From a virus (Duplodnaviria; Caudoviricetes), in the IMG/VR virus record IMGVR_UViG_642918914_000001, positions 167,256-231,255 of that record: 64,000 nt of DNA; one strand, written 5' to 3'. The notes below the pieces were generated by a model. It was not told where the DNA came from. It saw only the letters and a list, made by a program, of their open reading frames with translations, and ran no database searches. This document shows, in pieces, positions 38,988-49,397 of the stretch. How positions within the stretch are numbered: position 1 is the stretch's first letter; each line of letters starts with the position of its first letter. The position numbers and the translations under genes are program-made.

Positions 38988-39529
38988 TCAAGCGTATCAA
39001 GCAGTGGATTGGTGAGTGGCGCAATCCCTACATCAAGGACCTGGAAACGCTGGCGGTCCCCGTCCTCTTACACAAGAACCGATTCTGGATTGTGAACACC
39101 AGTCACCTGACGGACACGCCCGGTGAAGTCGTGCTGCGCCTGGACCACTCGAACATGAGCAAAGTGTTCGTCGTTCCTGAGACATGGTTGCCGATCGATG
39201 CTTCGGTCTACTCTCGCGAGCTTCTTACTCACGCATTCTTGTGGCAGGCCGTGGACAAGAAACTGGTGGCCGTGGTCAAGCCGCGTGTCGCCCGTCGCCT
39301 GCTTGAGTCTTTGGAAGCCGAGATCGAGCGCCGTCGGCTGGCTGCATACAACCCGGTCCCTTGCTCGTTCTCTGATCCCATCTTCGTCCAACGTCGTCGT
39401 GCCATTCTTGCGGCACGCGCTGGTGAAGGGGCGATGCCGTGCTACACCAAGAAGCCTCGTCTCTCTCGTTGGTGGCATCCCATCACCGACCGCGTGCGCA
39501 ACGTGTGGCGTGCGCTGCTTGGCAAGTAG
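38984..39529 (+). CDS. Hypothetical protein, paralog of 39713-40429
   Basis: Shared W..NT...GE...VPE.WLP.DA motif. Confidence 0.6.
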   Translation: MIKRIKQWIGEWRNPYIKDLETLAVPVLLHKNRFWIVNTSHLTDTPGEVVLRLDHSNMSKVFVVPETWLPIDASVYSRELLTHAFLWQAVDKKLVAVVKPRVARRLLESLEAEIERRRLAAYNPVPCSFSDPIFVQRRRAILAARAGEGAMPCYTKKPRLSRWWHPITDRVRNVWRALLGK

Positions 39530-39712
39530 TGCAGAACTGCCTATGGTCCCCAAATCCCAATTTGAATGTCAGCCACTGCAGTCGCACACCGGCGCGGTAG
39601 GCGCAACTCTTCCTACGTTGGGCATAGTGCATCTAACCAAAACGCACGACCCAACCAATCCTGACATCCAAATGACTAGCCCCGTAGGGGTGGAACAAAC
39701 GAGGATCATATC

Positions 39713-40429
39713 ATGGGTATCAATCGCATCTCGATGACGGACCTGGAAGCCAGTGGCGAACGCGGCAGTGTGTGGGTGTTGAACACCGCGCAGGAATCGC
39801 AGTACGAACTGAAGGGCGAGATCATCATCAACGTACCGAACGCTCAGGGCAAGGGTGAGCCGCTGCGCGTCCCAGAGTCGTGGTTGCCATTCGACGCAAC
39901 GTCGCGCTTTCCGAAGACCCGACTGCTGGACAGCACGGACTTCCGCAGCGCGGTGGTCAACGGCCTGATCGCGGTGATCGACGAGAAGTCGGCGACCAGC
40001 ATTCTCAACGAGCCGGGTGCACGCGAAGAACGCCAACGTCTGCAACAGTTCGACAAGCACGTGCGTGAAGCGTCGGGCGCCAAGCCCATCAACGAAAAGC
40101 TGGTGTCCATCACCAACCCGAACCGCGACAACCAGAGCAACACGACGCCTGTGGAACTGGTCGGCGGTCGCGAGGAAACGGTCGCTGCGCTGGCCAAGGC
40201 CGGAGCCAAGGCCACCAACGGCATGAAGCCGCAGTTCATGGCCTTCTTCGAGAAGACCAAGATGCAGGCCGACACAGAGGCGCTGAACAGCATCCGCAAT
40301 CGCGGCAAGATGAGCCGCAAGGAACTGCGCTACCTGCGCGACAACCTGCCGGACCATCACGTCAAGACCAAGAAGGCAGTGAAGGGTCGTCTCAGCGCGC
40401 TGCGCGCAGCAGGTGCCACCACGGAGTAA
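39713..40429 (+). CDS. Hypothetical protein
   Basis: GAGGA RBS, strong codon bias. Confidence 0.7.
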   Translation: MGINRISMTDLEASGERGSVWVLNTAQESQYELKGEIIINVPNAQGKGEPLRVPESWLPFDATSRFPKTRLLDSTDFRSAVVNGLIAVIDEKSATSILNEPGAREERQRLQQFDKHVREASGAKPINEKLVSITNPNRDNQSNTTPVELVGGREETVAALAKAGAKATNGMKPQFMAFFEKTKMQADTEALNSIRNRGKMSRKELRYLRDNLPDHHVKTKKAVKGRLSALRAAGATTE

Positions 40430-40461
40430 CGCCCGCCTGTTTAGGCCACCTGTAGTGCCCC

Positions 40462-40495
40462 AAGCCCCTGTTGTGAATTCACAACAGGGGCTTTT
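40462..40495 (+). terminator. Intrinsic terminator
   Basis: AAGCCCCTGTTGTG-AATT-CACAACAGGGGC-TTTT. Confidence 0.75.
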
Positions 40496-40502
40496 GACAT
40501 GG

Positions 40503-40531
40503 TTGCGCGCCGTGCGAAAACCGTGCATAAT
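40503..40531 (+). promoter_or_regulatory. Sigma70-type (early) promoter
   Basis: TTGCGC-N17-CATAAT; same architecture at 46829 and 60431. Confidence 0.75.
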
Positions 40532-40558
40532 ACGTCACATAGCAGTACACGTTACCGC

Positions 40559-40576
40559 CTCCCATCGAAACGGAGC
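40559..40576 (+). promoter_or_regulatory. CTCCCATCGAAA(C/A)GGAG leader/RBS hairpin, copy 1 of 7
   Basis: Other copies at 46919, 47387, 47654, 60512, 60755, 61136; each 6-7 nt before an ATG. Confidence 0.85.
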
Positions 40577-40581
40577 ACAGC

Positions 40582-40899
40582 ATGTCCCTACACCAATCGC
40601 ACCCGCACCTGAACTACGCTCTTGAGGTGTACATCTCAAAGCATCAGTACATCGCATCGCCTCTGCAAGTCGTGAGCTACCTCACTGCGCCGACTTTCAA
40701 GGCGGATCTCGACGAAATGGGCGTAGATCCGGCACAAGCCGGTGCGCAAGCCGACACGTGGCTCAGTGCACCACTGAACATGGCCCTCTTCCTGAAAGAA
40801 GTGATCGAGGAAAACGAGCCGTCGGTACTCGGCGCTGAACATCACACTGGAGCCGAGGCGCTGGCCGCTCTGCTCTGGGTCGCAGACAATCTCGCGTAA
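40582..40899 (+). CDS. Hypothetical early protein
   Basis: First gene after the promoter and leader motif. Confidence 0.65.
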   Translation: MSLHQSHPHLNYALEVYISKHQYIASPLQVVSYLTAPTFKADLDEMGVDPAQAGAQADTWLSAPLNMALFLKEVIEENEPSVLGAEHHTGAEALAALLWVADNLA

Positions 40900-40909
40900 G
40901 GGGTTCAAC

Positions 40910-41608
40910 ATGTCCAACGTCTACACCGCAGACTTCGGCGCAACCAAGTTCCAGACCACGCGTCGTGGGGTCAACGCCACGTCGCCCATCCTCAAGAATG
41001 GCGTCAAGGTCGCCACGCTCCACGATGTGGCCGAGCGCATCTCCACCGACGTGGTGTTCGTCAACACCCAGGAGCGCTTTGCCTTCTTGGAGGCCGCTCA
41101 GTCGCACGGGTTCACGGGGTCCGAGCACTTCGCCATCTCCGAGTTCGCTCGCCATCTGCTGGATAAGGCGTCCAACGCTTTCCTGGAGGCTGTCGAGCCA
41201 TCCAAGCCCAAGCGCAAGGCCAAGCCGTTGCCCGCTCCTACGCCCGAGCCACAACGCACAGTTCCAGAAGCGGGCGCGGACTTCATCCGCGAAGCGTTCG
41301 GCATCGAAACGCAGTTCGAGCGGCAAGCGTACCAACCCAAGCGCAAGCGCCTGCTCTTCTCGTCGTCGGGCAAGGTTCCATCGTTTCCTGAGTTGGAACG
41401 CATCTGTCGCCAGTTCACTGCGCAGCGCTGCCAAAACGTCAACACGTCGGTCTTCATCAGCGAAACGCCAGTGTTCCACTCCAGTACGTGGAGCATTCGC
41501 GAGCTGACTGTATCGTTCGATGGGCACCGAGTAGTGTTCACCAAGTACCACAACGCTACTGACCTGCACATCGAGCTCATCGATCGCAGCGCTGTCTACG
41601 AGGAGTAA
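40910..41608 (+). CDS. Hypothetical protein
   Basis: ORF in operon. Confidence 0.6.
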   Translation: MSNVYTADFGATKFQTTRRGVNATSPILKNGVKVATLHDVAERISTDVVFVNTQERFAFLEAAQSHGFTGSEHFAISEFARHLLDKASNAFLEAVEPSKPKRKAKPLPAPTPEPQRTVPEAGADFIREAFGIETQFERQAYQPKRKRLLFSSSGKVPSFPELERICRQFTAQRCQNVNTSVFISETPVFHSSTWSIRELTVSFDGHRVVFTKYHNATDLHIELIDRSAVYEE

Positions 41609-41611
41609 ATC

Positions 41612-42040
41612 ATGGAAAAGTTCTTCGCAGAGACAGTCGTTACCCATGAAGGATTCGGGCGTGGGGTTGTTCTCGCAGAGACGGCGCCCGACGTGTACGA
41701 GGTGCGATTCGATCGGGTCATCGACCCTTTCGTCACCGATTACGAATGCTCTCGTACTCATACGGTGAGCGCCGAGCATCTAGAGCGTGTGGTCCTCACG
41801 TTGGCCGACTTTAAGCCCGGCGACAAGCTGGAATTCACCCAGCGCTTCCGTGTCGGCGACAAGACCGTGACCGAGGTGCGGACCGCTGTTGTCACCCTCA
41901 TCAACTGGGAAGGTAACGGCCTCGTGTCGTACACAGGTCGCGTTCAAGAAGGCATGATGCGGACGGGCTCCGGCGCGTTCGACCCGGCAGCGGTGGGCAC
42001 CAAGCCGTTCGGTTTCCACTGCGCAGTGCGTAAGGTCTAA
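41612..42040 (+). CDS. Hypothetical protein
   Basis: GAGGAG RBS. Confidence 0.6.
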   Translation: MEKFFAETVVTHEGFGRGVVLAETAPDVYEVRFDRVIDPFVTDYECSRTHTVSAEHLERVVLTLADFKPGDKLEFTQRFRVGDKTVTEVRTAVVTLINWEGNGLVSYTGRVQEGMMRTGSGAFDPAAVGTKPFGFHCAVRKV

Positions 42041-42050
42041 GGAGTGGGTC

Positions 42051-42380
42051 ATGAAGTTCGTCAACAGCAAGAAGGTCAAGGACCATGCGTACGACCTGTA
42101 TCTGGTCCGTCAGCAGAAGCGTGAGCTCGCTGAGAAGATGCGCGAGTTGGAAGCGCAAGAGCAGGCGTTGTCCGCGTTTCTGCGCGCAAAGCGCGCCGAC
42201 GAGGACTTCCAGTTTGCAGATCCCGAAGGCTATCTGATGGAAACGGATTTCGTGCCGGGGTCGCGTATGGATGTGAACGACGCGCAGGTCCGCCGAGACT
42301 ACGCCAAGATGGGTAAGAAGGTGCCCATGAAGAAGAGCGAGTGGGTCACGGTCAAAGTCCGCTACATCCTGGAGAAGTAA
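42051..42380 (+). CDS. Hypothetical protein
   Basis: AAGGAG RBS. Confidence 0.65.
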   Translation: MKFVNSKKVKDHAYDLYLVRQQKRELAEKMRELEAQEQALSAFLRAKRADEDFQFADPEGYLMETDFVPGSRMDVNDAQVRRDYAKMGKKVPMKKSEWVTVKVRYILEK

Positions 42381-42803
42381 TGACCACATTCCAAGCCATC
42401 GTGGTGGCACTCGTGCAGTACGCAGTAGTCATCGGCCCGATCGTGTTCGTGCTTGAGCGCCGCCGTCGGGCCTATCTCAAATCTCCGGGAGATTCCAAAT
42501 GAGCCCCTTCCGTCTGTGGGTCAAGATCAGTGGTAGAACCCTGTTGTGCATGCAAGCGATCAATCTGTACACTCTGTATCGGCATGAGGGGCGCTTCGAG
42601 GTATTCGCCATCGTGGTGGTCCTCACGCTTCTGCTGTCAGTGCTCATCGGTCTGGCAGTAGTCCTCTTGCAACAAGAACGGCGTGCGGCTGTCTTGCGCC
42701 CCGCCACCATCGAACCCAGCACGCAGACCGAGTGGGAATGGGCCGAGCACTGCCCGCGTCAAGCTGAGTTTCAACGTCGCATGAACGAACTGGCCACTTC
42801 CAA

Positions 42804-43517
42804 ATGAACAAGGTCTCTCTCCGTGAGCGCGCTCTGCGCCTGTTGTCGTTGTCCATGTACGAGAACGCTGATATCGGGGACTCGTTGAAACAAGCATCGT
42901 TCTGCGAGCTTCAGCCGCCGAGCGACCAGTACATTCTGCGAATGATGGTGAAGGGGCCATCCACCCACGGATGGGCGATTCCACCGGCGCTGGATTGGTT
43001 GCGTTCCACCATTATCAGTCTGGACGAGTATCAGCGCGCAGTCATGCAGGTGGAGCATCCGTACGTCTACGTGACCGTGCGATCGGGCGTTGTGCGGTCC
43101 ATGACCGACGACGAGTGGCATGTGGATGGCTTCTCCATGCGCAAGCCGCACGCGCCGGAGCAGAACTACATCTGGTCGAGCCACACGGGCACCGAGGTCG
43201 CAGTGCAGAATTTCCGCATTCTTGACACCTTCGATCCCAAGCGGCACAACATCCATCAGTACTTCCAGCGGCGCGTGGATCCGCGTACCGTGGAGCGGCT
43301 GTTGCCCGGTCATCTGTACCTGATCGATCCGTACGTCGTGCATCGCCGTCCTGCGGTGGCACCCGGCACCCAACGCGCATTTGTTCGCATCTCGTTTGTG
43401 CCGATCGAAATCGAAGACGACACGTGCACTCCCAATCCGCTGCTGCCTGCCAAGCACTACGGCCGGACAGACATTCGCACGCATCTCATTGACTACGACA
43501 AGGATCCAACGCTATGA
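42804..43517 (+). CDS. 2OG-Fe(II) dioxygenase-like protein
   Basis: WHVDG (HxD), distal VVHR, RAFVRISF. Confidence 0.65.
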   Translation: MNKVSLRERALRLLSLSMYENADIGDSLKQASFCELQPPSDQYILRMMVKGPSTHGWAIPPALDWLRSTIISLDEYQRAVMQVEHPYVYVTVRSGVVRSMTDDEWHVDGFSMRKPHAPEQNYIWSSHTGTEVAVQNFRILDTFDPKRHNIHQYFQRRVDPRTVERLLPGHLYLIDPYVVHRRPAVAPGTQRAFVRISFVPIEIEDDTCTPNPLLPAKHYGRTDIRTHLIDYDKDPTL

Positions 43518-43795
43518 TCACGGCCAAAGAAGCAAGCGCTATGTTCAAACCTCAGTCGCCGAACATACTAGAACCGGAAGTGTGGGCGGCCATGGGTTTG
43601 TTGGATTTGGAAGTGCGTAAGACAGCCGTCTTGCGGCGGTCCTTTACTCGCCGTCTTCTGGTGGATCACGCCACTGCCCAAAGCATCTGCATGCTGTTGA
43701 AGGATCTGGGATTCCAGGCCGACTTCCAGCGTGCTGGCGGAAATTCTGAGGAAGACGAGTTGTCCATCTACCGCTTCCAAGTAAGCTGGGCGTGA
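43514..43795 (+). CDS. Hypothetical protein
   Basis: ATGA overlap. Confidence 0.55.
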   Translation: MITAKEASAMFKPQSPNILEPEVWAAMGLLDLEVRKTAVLRRSFTRRLLVDHATAQSICMLLKDLGFQADFQRAGGNSEEDELSIYRFQVSWA

Positions 43796-43888
43796 TGAGC
43801 GAGTTCCACACTGTAATGCTGGTGATTGGTGGCGAATGCGCGCTTGCCATACTCATCATTCTGCTGCGCGCATACCTGGAGCATCGTC

Positions 43889-44404
43889 ATGCAGTTCAAA
43901 TCGTTGGCCGTTCAACGGCCGGAGTTCAAGACCCAAGCGAAGAAGAGCGTCCGGCGTTGGCTGAAGGCGCTGGGCTACACCAAGATCAAGAAGCGTAACA
44001 TGCTGAACGGGGTGATTCCCGTTCTCGGAGCACCTCTCGCCTCGCGCAAAGACATCGACGTCATAGAGTTTCAGTTGCAGGACACGACGCCCGAACGCTT
44101 CCATACTCTTGTCTTGCACTGGGCACAGCGCAACGGCCTGGATCCACAGACGCAGGGCCTGACTGTAGGCGACGAGTCTTGGTCCGTAGTCTGGTTGCGT
44201 GCGGTGAACGGCTGGATCTTCGTCCCGTTCTGTAAGAAGTACGAGTCCGAAAACAACTGTCCCCCTTGGTTCGAGATGACGGTGGTGCTCGCCGCCAACT
44301 TCCTCGCACTCGAAACTTGGATTCAGTGGTCTACCCTGAAGAGTCCCTTCACGACGCTTCGCCGCCTGGACCAATTCCGTGCAATGAACAAGGATCCGTC
44401 ATGA
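43889..44404 (+). CDS. Hypothetical protein
   Basis: GGAG RBS before MQFKS. Confidence 0.5.
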   Translation: MQFKSLAVQRPEFKTQAKKSVRRWLKALGYTKIKKRNMLNGVIPVLGAPLASRKDIDVIEFQLQDTTPERFHTLVLHWAQRNGLDPQTQGLTVGDESWSVVWLRAVNGWIFVPFCKKYESENNCPPWFEMTVVLAANFLALETWIQWSTLKSPFTTLRRLDQFRAMNKDPS

Positions 44405-44769
44405 TGAACACTGCCCTGCTGCTCGCAATCCTCGCCATCTGTGTGCTGGCATTGGTCCTCCTCTTCCATGTGCATCGACGGCTGCATCCGCGTCCTGATC
44501 CACTGACAGAAGAAGTTCAGTCACTGCGCAGGCGGATCGCTCCGTATGAAGCGCAGTTCGGCGTTCTGGACAGTGTCCAGCTCTGGAAGATCCTGCAGAA
44601 AGCCGACGATGCACCGGCCGTGAGCCCGCCACTCGTGTATCCGCACGACCTGACCGATGACCCGGACGTATCCGTCGATCGGTTCTACGCGCTGGAAGAG
44701 TACCACGATCTGCGGCTGGAGCTCGAATTCCTCGAAGAAGATCTCAAGCTGGCAGAAGAATTCTTCTAA
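44401..44769 (+). CDS. Hypothetical membrane-anchored protein
   Basis: N-terminal hydrophobic helix; ATGA overlap. Confidence 0.5.
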   Translation: MMNTALLLAILAICVLALVLLFHVHRRLHPRPDPLTEEVQSLRRRIAPYEAQFGVLDSVQLWKILQKADDAPAVSPPLVYPHDLTDDPDVSVDRFYALEEYHDLRLELEFLEEDLKLAEEFF

Positions 44770-44786
44770 CCCAAAGAAGGCACATC

Positions 44787-45401
44787 ATGTTGAACACCAT
44801 GGAGTTCGACCACATCGTTGCTGAACTGTCCAAGCATCTGGTGATGGGTCACATCGCTTTCGTGAACGGCGTAAATACGCAGCATGCCCGCCAACTGCAA
44901 CCGATGAAGGACGGGGTCTATGGGCTGTACTTCCGTCTGCAGGTTCACGCTTGGAACGGCGGCTACGAACGCAACGGGCAGGTGCATCATGCGGAGTGGG
45001 AACGACGTTACGACCGCGTGCTGCACGTGATCGTCACCGAACGTCACAACGTGTTCGTGGCACGCACCGATCGCACGCGCAGCACGGAGCTCCCGCCACT
45101 GGACCAGTGGGAGAACACGACGAATCACGACTCTTGCTGGTCGCAGAACGGCTTCGGCCTGCGCGAAGTCGTGAACGAGGCGTACGAAACGTGCTGGGCT
45201 CACATGCCGGAACCCCACAAGCTGCCTCCGGTCATGACGCCGATCATGTGCCAGTTTGAGAACTGGTGCTTCGGTGCACCGCCGTTCACCGCAGTAAAAG
45301 TGAAGGCAGTGGTTGATCCCGAAGACAGCTATCGCAAGGTGCTGCTCGACATCAAGCCGCTGACCTGCCATCTCAACATCATCGACCCGGAGGCTTCTTG
45401 A
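44787..45401 (+). CDS. Hypothetical protein
   Basis: ORF in gene run. Confidence 0.6.
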   Translation: MLNTMEFDHIVAELSKHLVMGHIAFVNGVNTQHARQLQPMKDGVYGLYFRLQVHAWNGGYERNGQVHHAEWERRYDRVLHVIVTERHNVFVARTDRTRSTELPPLDQWENTTNHDSCWSQNGFGLREVVNEAYETCWAHMPEPHKLPPVMTPIMCQFENWCFGAPPFTAVKVKAVVDPEDSYRKVLLDIKPLTCHLNIIDPEAS

Positions 45402-45947
45402 TCGCCGATCTCGTCTGGAATCTGTTTCTCGTCGCGCTGTACGGCGCGTGGTATGGCTGGCACATGACATGGGCTGGCCTTGTGCTGCTCACCATCATCT
45501 GGCTCGCGTCCATCATTCGCCTGATCGCGTCACAGGCCAAGGACATCACCAAGGGCTGGAACCGCCTGGAAGTGGAAGGGCGCTATCGCTCACTCAACAA
45601 CTTCGAGCGACTGCGTCATGTGGTGATCAGCGTGGCGCTGGCGGTCGCTGGTAGCCCGATCACCGCCACCGTCAACCTCGTCTGCTTCTTGATGTGCGAC
45701 GCGCAGTACCGACAAGCATCATGCAAGCGATCCTGCCTGCAGCGTGCTCACCCATACCGGGACGCATCATGACCCTCACGCTTTTGGACAAGAAGTACGA
45801 CGGTGAGTCACTGTACGACGTGGCGCGCGACGTTCACGAGGCGTTCGACAGCCGCTTCACTCCGGCCATGGCGCAGGTACCCAAAGACGAGCACGGGTTT
45901 GCGCAGGGCACCTTCACCATCCATATCACCTGGGAGCCGGATCAATC

Positions 45948-46355
45948 ATGACTGTTGCAACTATCGACGACATCGTACCCGGTGCCCTTCTGTATGAAGC
46001 GGTGACTCCCAACAACATGGAAGGGGCTTGGATCGAGACCTATTGTGTGATCGCCCCGCCGCACACGATGCAGTTGAGCACAGGCCCTGCTCTCTTCTTC
46101 GAGACGTACGTCAAGACATCGGGGAACAGTTGCGACTTGGTTGCGAGGACTTCATATCGCTGAAGCGACGCGGGCATCGAACATGAGGGGCGCCGCGTTC
46201 ACAACATCCACAAGACGTTCACCACGCTGGCCGAAGCCGAAGACACAGTCGCTCGCTGGAAGCGGCGCGAGCTGACCACCCAAGAACTGGAAGTAGTCGG
46301 CCCCCACATCAGCGAAGACGAGGCACCCGACACGCAGTTTGCACTCAAGGCATAA
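45948..46355 (+). CDS. Hypothetical protein, apparently frameshifted near 46160
   Basis: Reading continues in another frame (SDAGIEHEGRRVHNIHKTF...) to TAA at 46355. Confidence 0.45.
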
Positions 46356-46357
46356 TC

Positions 46358-46800
46358 ATGAGCCTCTGCTATCCATTCACACTAGAACCGTACACAAGCC
46401 AACAGTTCGCATGTCGTTCCCTGACCTGCACGATCAAGGCGTCAACATCGCGTCTGAGGCGCGCATCGCCCGGTGTGGTGCCATCTCGTTGATGAGCGTT
46501 CTCCAACGCTATGTAGAGAAACGCTTGCCCATACCGCTCCCCGGCCCCGTGGGCGAAGGTCAGCGTACTATCGCGCTGCCTGCGACCCGTGTGCTGAAAG
46601 TGCATCTCTACAACACGATGCTGGAACGTGGCATGACGAAGGCCGATCTAGCTCGGTTGCTGAAGAAGCAGCCGCCGTCCATCGACCGACTCTTGGACAT
46701 GACTCACAACTCCAGCTCCAGCACGCTGGATGATGCGCTCCACGCTCTGGGGTTAGAAGTGCGACTGGCCGTGGTGCCCCGGCCCCAAAACGTCGTGTTG
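46358..46800 (+). CDS. HicB-like antitoxin with C-terminal HTH (frameshift near 46410; end approximate)
   Basis: YPFTLEP.../SFPDL...LKVHLYNTMLERGMTKADLARLL...IDRLLD...LDDALHALG. Confidence 0.65.
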
Positions 46801-46828
46801 CAGAAAAACAACACTGCAAATAGGGGTG

Positions 46829-46857
46829 TTGCACGGTGTTGGAATTCCAGGCATAAT
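46829..46857 (+). promoter_or_regulatory. Sigma70-type (early) promoter
   Basis: TTGCAC-N17-CATAAT followed by ACTTCACATGGGCAGCACGCAA, identical to the 60431 copy. Confidence 0.78.
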
Positions 46858-46941
46858 ACTTCACATGGGCAGCACGCAAACAAAGCAGTAACCGGCAACG
46901 CGCCCCACTCGTTAACCACTCCCATCGAAACGGAGCACACC

Positions 46942-47361
46942 ATGATCAAGTTCGACAAAGCCACGGCTCGCACCCTGTCCGCAGAATTCATTCAAGAGGT
47001 TGCAGAGCTCGCCAAGCGTCACGGCATCGTAGTCCAGCCGCACGGTGGCACAGTGGGCGACACGTATCTCGATCTCAAGTTCCGTTTCACAAACAAAGCT
47101 GACTGCAGGGCAGGCCGCTCAGCAAAAGCAAGAGGCGCGCGACACCTCGGTTCAAGGAGCTCGCCGCCGCATGGCGCTCCCTACGCTGATGTGTATCGTC
47201 TGCCGCTCAACGGCGTCGGTCGCAAAGTCAATGTGAACGGCGAGCAAATGAGCATCGTCGGGTTCGCGCCCAATCGTCCCAAGTTCCCGGTCGTGGTCAT
47301 GAACGCTCAAGGCAAGACCTTCAAGACCACGGTCGCAACGGTCGCCAGCCAGCTCAAGTAA
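46942..47361 (+). CDS. Hypothetical early protein
   Basis: ATG after the leader hairpin; the middle segment looks out of frame (compensating indels). Confidence 0.6.
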   Translation: MIKFDKATARTLSAEFIQEVAELAKRHGIVVQPHGGTVGDTYLDLKFRFTNKADCRAGRSAKARGARHLGSRSSPPHGAPYADVYRLPLNGVGRKVNVNGEQMSIVGFAPNRPKFPVVVMNAQGKTFKTTVATVASQLK

Positions 47362-47676
47362 AACGGCCGGGGCCGCTGGCCCTCCCCTCCCATCGAAACG
47401 GAGCGCATCATGTACTACGAAATCAACGTCGCTCGCAATGGCGACACTTCTTTGCTACCGCAGAGCGCAGATTCTTGACGCGCAGAAGGCAGCCACTCTG
47501 CTCGGCGGATTTCAAGCGTCGCTTCCCGGTATCCGAAGGGTTCAACGTCACGGTCAGCTATCACGAGCATCGTATCGTCGACGCAACCGAGCTTCTGCTG
47601 CCCCCAGCTTTGCTGCAAAATCCGTAAGTTTCCAATCGCTGTCAGTCACACTACTCCCATCGAAAAGGAGAGCATC

Positions 47677-48108
47677 ATGAAGGTCTTCCCGCATCTGTCC
47701 AACGACGACACCGCCTACGTCTCTGTGTTCTTGAGCGCCGCGCAATACGCCTCGCTGCACAAGTACATGCACATGGAGCCCGGTCAACTGGTCAGCTTCC
47801 CGCATGGCGTCAAGCTGTTCAAGCGTGGCTTCGGCTGGTATCGTCTGGACACGAGCAACAATCATCGTGCTGGCGAGAAGCTGCGTCTGGCAGTCTGCAT
47901 CATCCGTCGCTGGTATCGCGAGCAGCTTGAAGCGCAGCACACCGAGCGCCGCGTCGAGGTCCAGGTTCAGCGCATGACCCAAGCCTCGGGTTCGCGTCAT
48001 CGCCTTATCAGAGCGACACGCACCAGTTCCAAACGCTGCCCGTTGCCTCCGCAGCCTGCGTCTACCGCGCAGCTCAGCGCGCTGGCCGCTCGTTTCGCTC
48101 GCCACTGA
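47677..48108 (+). CDS. Hypothetical early protein
   Basis: ATG after the leader hairpin. Confidence 0.6.
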   Translation: MKVFPHLSNDDTAYVSVFLSAAQYASLHKYMHMEPGQLVSFPHGVKLFKRGFGWYRLDTSNNHRAGEKLRLAVCIIRRWYREQLEAQHTERRVEVQVQRMTQASGSRHRLIRATRTSSKRCPLPPQPASTAQLSALAARFARH

Positions 48109-48140
48109 TTGGCGCCCATCCCCCACTCTAGGAGCTGTTC

Positions 48141-48485
48141 ATGGCAACCACGAAAAAGCTGACCGCGAAGGAAAAGCGTGCTCGCATCATGTCCCACACA
48201 GGACGGGCCCTCGTCGAGACCCCGAAGGAATTGCCGCGTGCCACTGCGCGCTACTCCGACGACGAAAAGCGTCGGATCATCAACGAGGCGTATCACATCA
48301 GTAGTCCAGGTGTGGTGGCCACCTGCAAGAAGTACGGCCTGAGCCCCGCCACCATCTACAAGTGGAAGACGGCGTTGGGCATCACCGCAGAGCGTCCCCG
48401 CTTCGCCCAGCGAAAGCCAAGAAGGGCGTCCCGGTTCCGCTCAAGCTGTGGATGGCTGCTGCTAAGATCGACCCGGACGCGCTGA
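48141..48485 (+). CDS. HTH DNA-binding protein (3' end probably frameshifted)
   Basis: RYSDDEKRRII...VATCKKYGLSPATIYKWK. Confidence 0.6.
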   Translation: MATTKKLTAKEKRARIMSHTGRALVETPKELPRATARYSDDEKRRIINEAYHISSPGVVATCKKYGLSPATIYKWKTALGITAERPRFAQRKPRRASRFRSSCGWLLLRSTRTR

Positions 48486-49397
48486 ACGGCGAGGACAAGG
48501 ACTGCCAAGATGACGTCATGGGAAGCTATGGACGCCATGATCGCTGTTCCTGGGCTTCCACCTTCCACGTTGCCTGAGCTACCCAGCGGAAACGATGCTG
48601 TGTGTCGTGTGGGAAGGACCTGACGCCGGAGCCGCTGTCTTGGGAACGTGGCGTGCAGGCTCTGAGCAATCTGCCCACAAAGGCAGAGGTCCTCAACTAC
48701 ACTCTGGGCTTCCACCTGTACAGCGACGAGCATCACGTGTACATTGCCCGCAGTGTGTCGCGGCGTCTGTCTCATTTGCAGGAAGACGTGCTGGCGATCC
48801 CCAAACAGGCCATCGTCGAGACGCTGTCGCTCCTCAGCTACGAGCATCAGGACGACCGCCGTGCGCGCATCGACGCCTACAAGAAGGCCAGCACGACCCG
48901 GTAAACCACGTCACTCCCTTCACATGTTCCAGGGGGCAGCGCGCCCCTTCTTTCGTTTACCCAGATACCAGGACTCATCATGCTCGAACAAATCCGCGCC
49001 GTTTTCAACCTGAAGCCCAATCACTTCCGCCCGCACCGACAAGCTGGAGTTCGCGATCAAGTACGTCGGCCCCGCACTGGGTGATTCTCATGAAGAACCC
49101 TGGAAGCCAGAAGTGGTCGCCGCTCATGTCCAAGACCAAGACCATTCAGGTGCCGAACTGGTTCGGCGATCGTGTGGAAACCATCTTCGCTGTCGAGTCG
49201 TTCGAGACGCAGGCCGCAGCGCGTACATGGGTGGACCAACAGTTCCCCGGTCAGGACGTCGCATTCTCGTCCGCTGCACATCCGTCCATCGATCAACTGC
49301 TGTCGCGCCTCCGTGAGTCCATCGCTACCCGTGCCATGCATCAGTATCAGCAGTAAATGAAGCAACACTGGTAACACACATCGAACGAGGAATCATC

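Noticed and set aside
46339-47361. 340-aa fusion ORF
   Set aside because: It reads through a promoter and leader hairpin; better explained as a HicB-like gene plus a separate gene starting at 46942.
48141-48485. IS3-family transposase OrfA with programmed frameshift
   Set aside because: The HTH resembles it, but no DDE OrfB or terminal inverted repeats are seen.
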